Shown in pieces: positions 61,725 through 64,000 of a stretch of 64,000 nucleotides of DNA. The notes beneath the pieces were generated by a model. That model made no database searches, was not told where the DNA came from, and worked only from the letters and a program-made list of their open reading frames with translations. How positions within the stretch are numbered: the stretch's first letter is position 1; each line of letters starts with the position of its first letter. The DNA comes from Hemiscyllium ocellatum. Its lineage: Eukaryota. A program made the translations under genes and the position numbers. The DNA lies in NCBI RefSeq assembly GCF_020745735.1, contig NC_083406.1:16182001-16246000 (forward strand). The letters run 5' to 3'.

Positions 61725-63455
61725 CATAGCTGCAAAGAGCTGTACCGCACGGAAACAGATCCTTCGATCCAACTCATCCATGCCGACCAGATATCTAAAT
61801 TAATCTAGTCCCATTTGGCAGCACTTGGCCCATATCCCTCTAAACCCTTCCCATTCATATACCCATCCAGGTGCCTTTTAAATGTTGTAATTGTATCAGC
61901 CTCCACCACTTCCTCTGGCAGCTCATTCCATACACGTACCACCCACTGCATGAAAATGTTGGCTCTTAGGTCACTTTTAAATCTTTCCCCACACGTTAAC
62001 CCTATGCCCTCTAGTTTTGAAATCCCCTACTTTGGGAATAAGACATCTCCTCATGATTTTATAAACATCTATAAACCTCCATTGCTGCAGGGAAAATCGT
62101 CCCCAGCTTACTCAGCTTCACCCTATAGCTCAACCCTATCAACATCCTTGTCAATCTTTTCTAAACCGTTTTAAATTTCGCAACATCTTTCCTCTAGCAG
62201 GGAGTCCAGAATTATACGCAGTATTCCAAAAGTGGCCTAACCAATGTCCCTGTACAGCTGCAGCATGACATTCCAACTCCTATACTCAATCTACGGACCA
62301 ATAAAGGCAAGTGTACCAAATGCCTTCTTCACTCCACTTTCAGGATTAGATCATGTGAAATCCAGGGAGAGTTAGCCATTTCGATACAGAACTGGCTCAA
62401 AGGTAGGAGACAGAGGATGGTGATGGAGGGTTACTTTTCAGACTGGAAGCCTGTGACCAGTGGTGTGCTGCAAGGATCCAGGCTGGGTCCTCTGCTTTTT
62501 GTCATTTATATAAATTAATTGGATGTGAACACAGGAGGTATAGTTAGTAAATTTGCAGATGCCACCAAAATTGGTGGACAGTGAAGAAGGAATTATGAAC
62601 CAGCACCCCTAGTTCTTAATTCAGCAATACTTCCCAGGATCTTTCATTAAATGTATAAATCCTGCCCAATTTGCCTTTCCAAAATACAGCACTCACATTT
62701 ATCTAAATTAAACTCTATCTGCCACTCTTTGGTCCATTGGCCCACCTGATCAAGGTTCCATTGTATGCTGAGGTAACGTTCTTCACTGTCCACTACACCT
62801 CTAATTTTGGTGTCACCTGCAAACTTACTAACCATACCTCCTATGGTGGGTGGCACAGTGGAACAGTGGTTAGCACTGCTGCCTCGCCAGGTTCAATTCC
62901 CGCCTCAGACGACTGACTGTGTGGAGTTTGCATGTTCTCCCCGTGTCTGCGTGGGTTTCCACCGAGTGCTCCGGTTTCCTCCCACAGTCACAAAGATGTG
63001 AGGGTTAGGTGAACTGGCCATGCTAAATTGCCCATAGTGTGAGGTGAAGGGGGAAATGTAAGGGTATGGGTGGGTTTCGCGTTGCTGTGGATCACTGTAA
63101 ATAATCTAATCTATTTTCACATCCAAATCATTTATATAAATAGCAAAAAGCAGTGGACCCAGCACTGATCCTCGCAGCGCACCACTGGTCACAGGCCTCC
63201 AGTCTGAAAGGCAACTCTTCACTACCAACCTCTATCTCCCATGTATGAACCAATTTTGTATCCATACGCTCACTCTCCATGGATTCCATGTGATCTAAAC
63301 TTGCTAACCAGTCTACCATGTGGAAAATTGTTGAACACCTTGCTGAAGTCCATAGAGTTCATGTCCACCCTTGTGCCTTCCTCAGTCTACTGTCACTTCC
63401 TCAAGAAACTCAGTCAAGTTAGTGAGACACAATTTCCCATGCACAAAGCCATGTG
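61725..63455 (-). mobile_element. CR1 LINE fragment with inverted internal insert (62343-62590) and nested HE1 SINE
   Basis: Collinear with 58425-59730 apart from the inserts. Confidence 0.85.
62848..63112 (+). mobile_element. HE1/V-SINE
   Basis: GGGTGGCACAGTGG..CAGTGGTTAGCACT head, V-domain, AATCT tail. Confidence 0.88.
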
Positions 63456-64000
63456 ATTCAGTTGAATGGAGTGTGATTTCTGATGATGTTTGTGTGTTTG
63501 CAGTTTCTCCTTCCAGAAACAATCTCAATTGTATAAGTTCCCCTGCCAGACCAGAATGGACAGAGAGAACTTAAGAAAGGAATGGGACAATAGATTCCAC
63601 AGCAACTTTTGAAAGTAAACTGGATAAATATTTGAAGAGGAAAAGCTGCGTAGGCTTATGAAGAAAGAACAGAGGACTGGTATTATTTGGCTTGTCCTTA
63701 CTGGAACAATGATCTTTCTGTACCATACAATATGATGATGCTATGGGTAGACAGAATTTGGCTTGAGTTAGAATACAGACAGTGGGTCTCAGGTGAGCTG
63801 AGGTCTATCAAAATAACACACATAAGAGAGAGAGAGAAAGACATTATTGCATTGGAATAAGCAAGTCTAGTGGTAAAAATAAATGCACATGTGAAGGCAT
63901 CAGCCACATACAAACATGAAGTAGTTGGCGTTCCAAGGAGATGGATTCCAATGGAGATTTAGTTACCTAGAGGTCAGGAGTTTCATAGTTTCTTGAAAGT

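Overview
Eukaryotic, repeat-rich vertebrate DNA, almost certainly from a shark (HE1/V-SINEs with (AATCT)n tails, CR1 LINEs, Deu-domain SINEs). Two spliced host genes are arranged head-to-head. On the - strand is the first coding exon of RASA3 (25464-25410, in a CpG island with a phased CCAAT array); its intron 1 apparently covers everything to the left. On the + strand is a five-exon CFAP97-domain gene (CFAP97D2-like, ATG 34862, about 188 aa), which the ORF track mostly misses. The rest is decayed retroelements, three minisatellite systems and a ~3.7 kb purine-skewed tract. The most interesting layer is a set of Penelope-like (RT + GIY-YIG) elements and many short fold-back derivatives. Three sequence families carry minimal hammerhead-ribozyme cores (CUGANGA...GAAA-palindromic tetramer-UH) with covarying stem II, and several short copies have 13-16 bp target-site duplications. 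All family assignments come from recognising the sequence by eye; no database search was run, and repeat boundaries are approximate.
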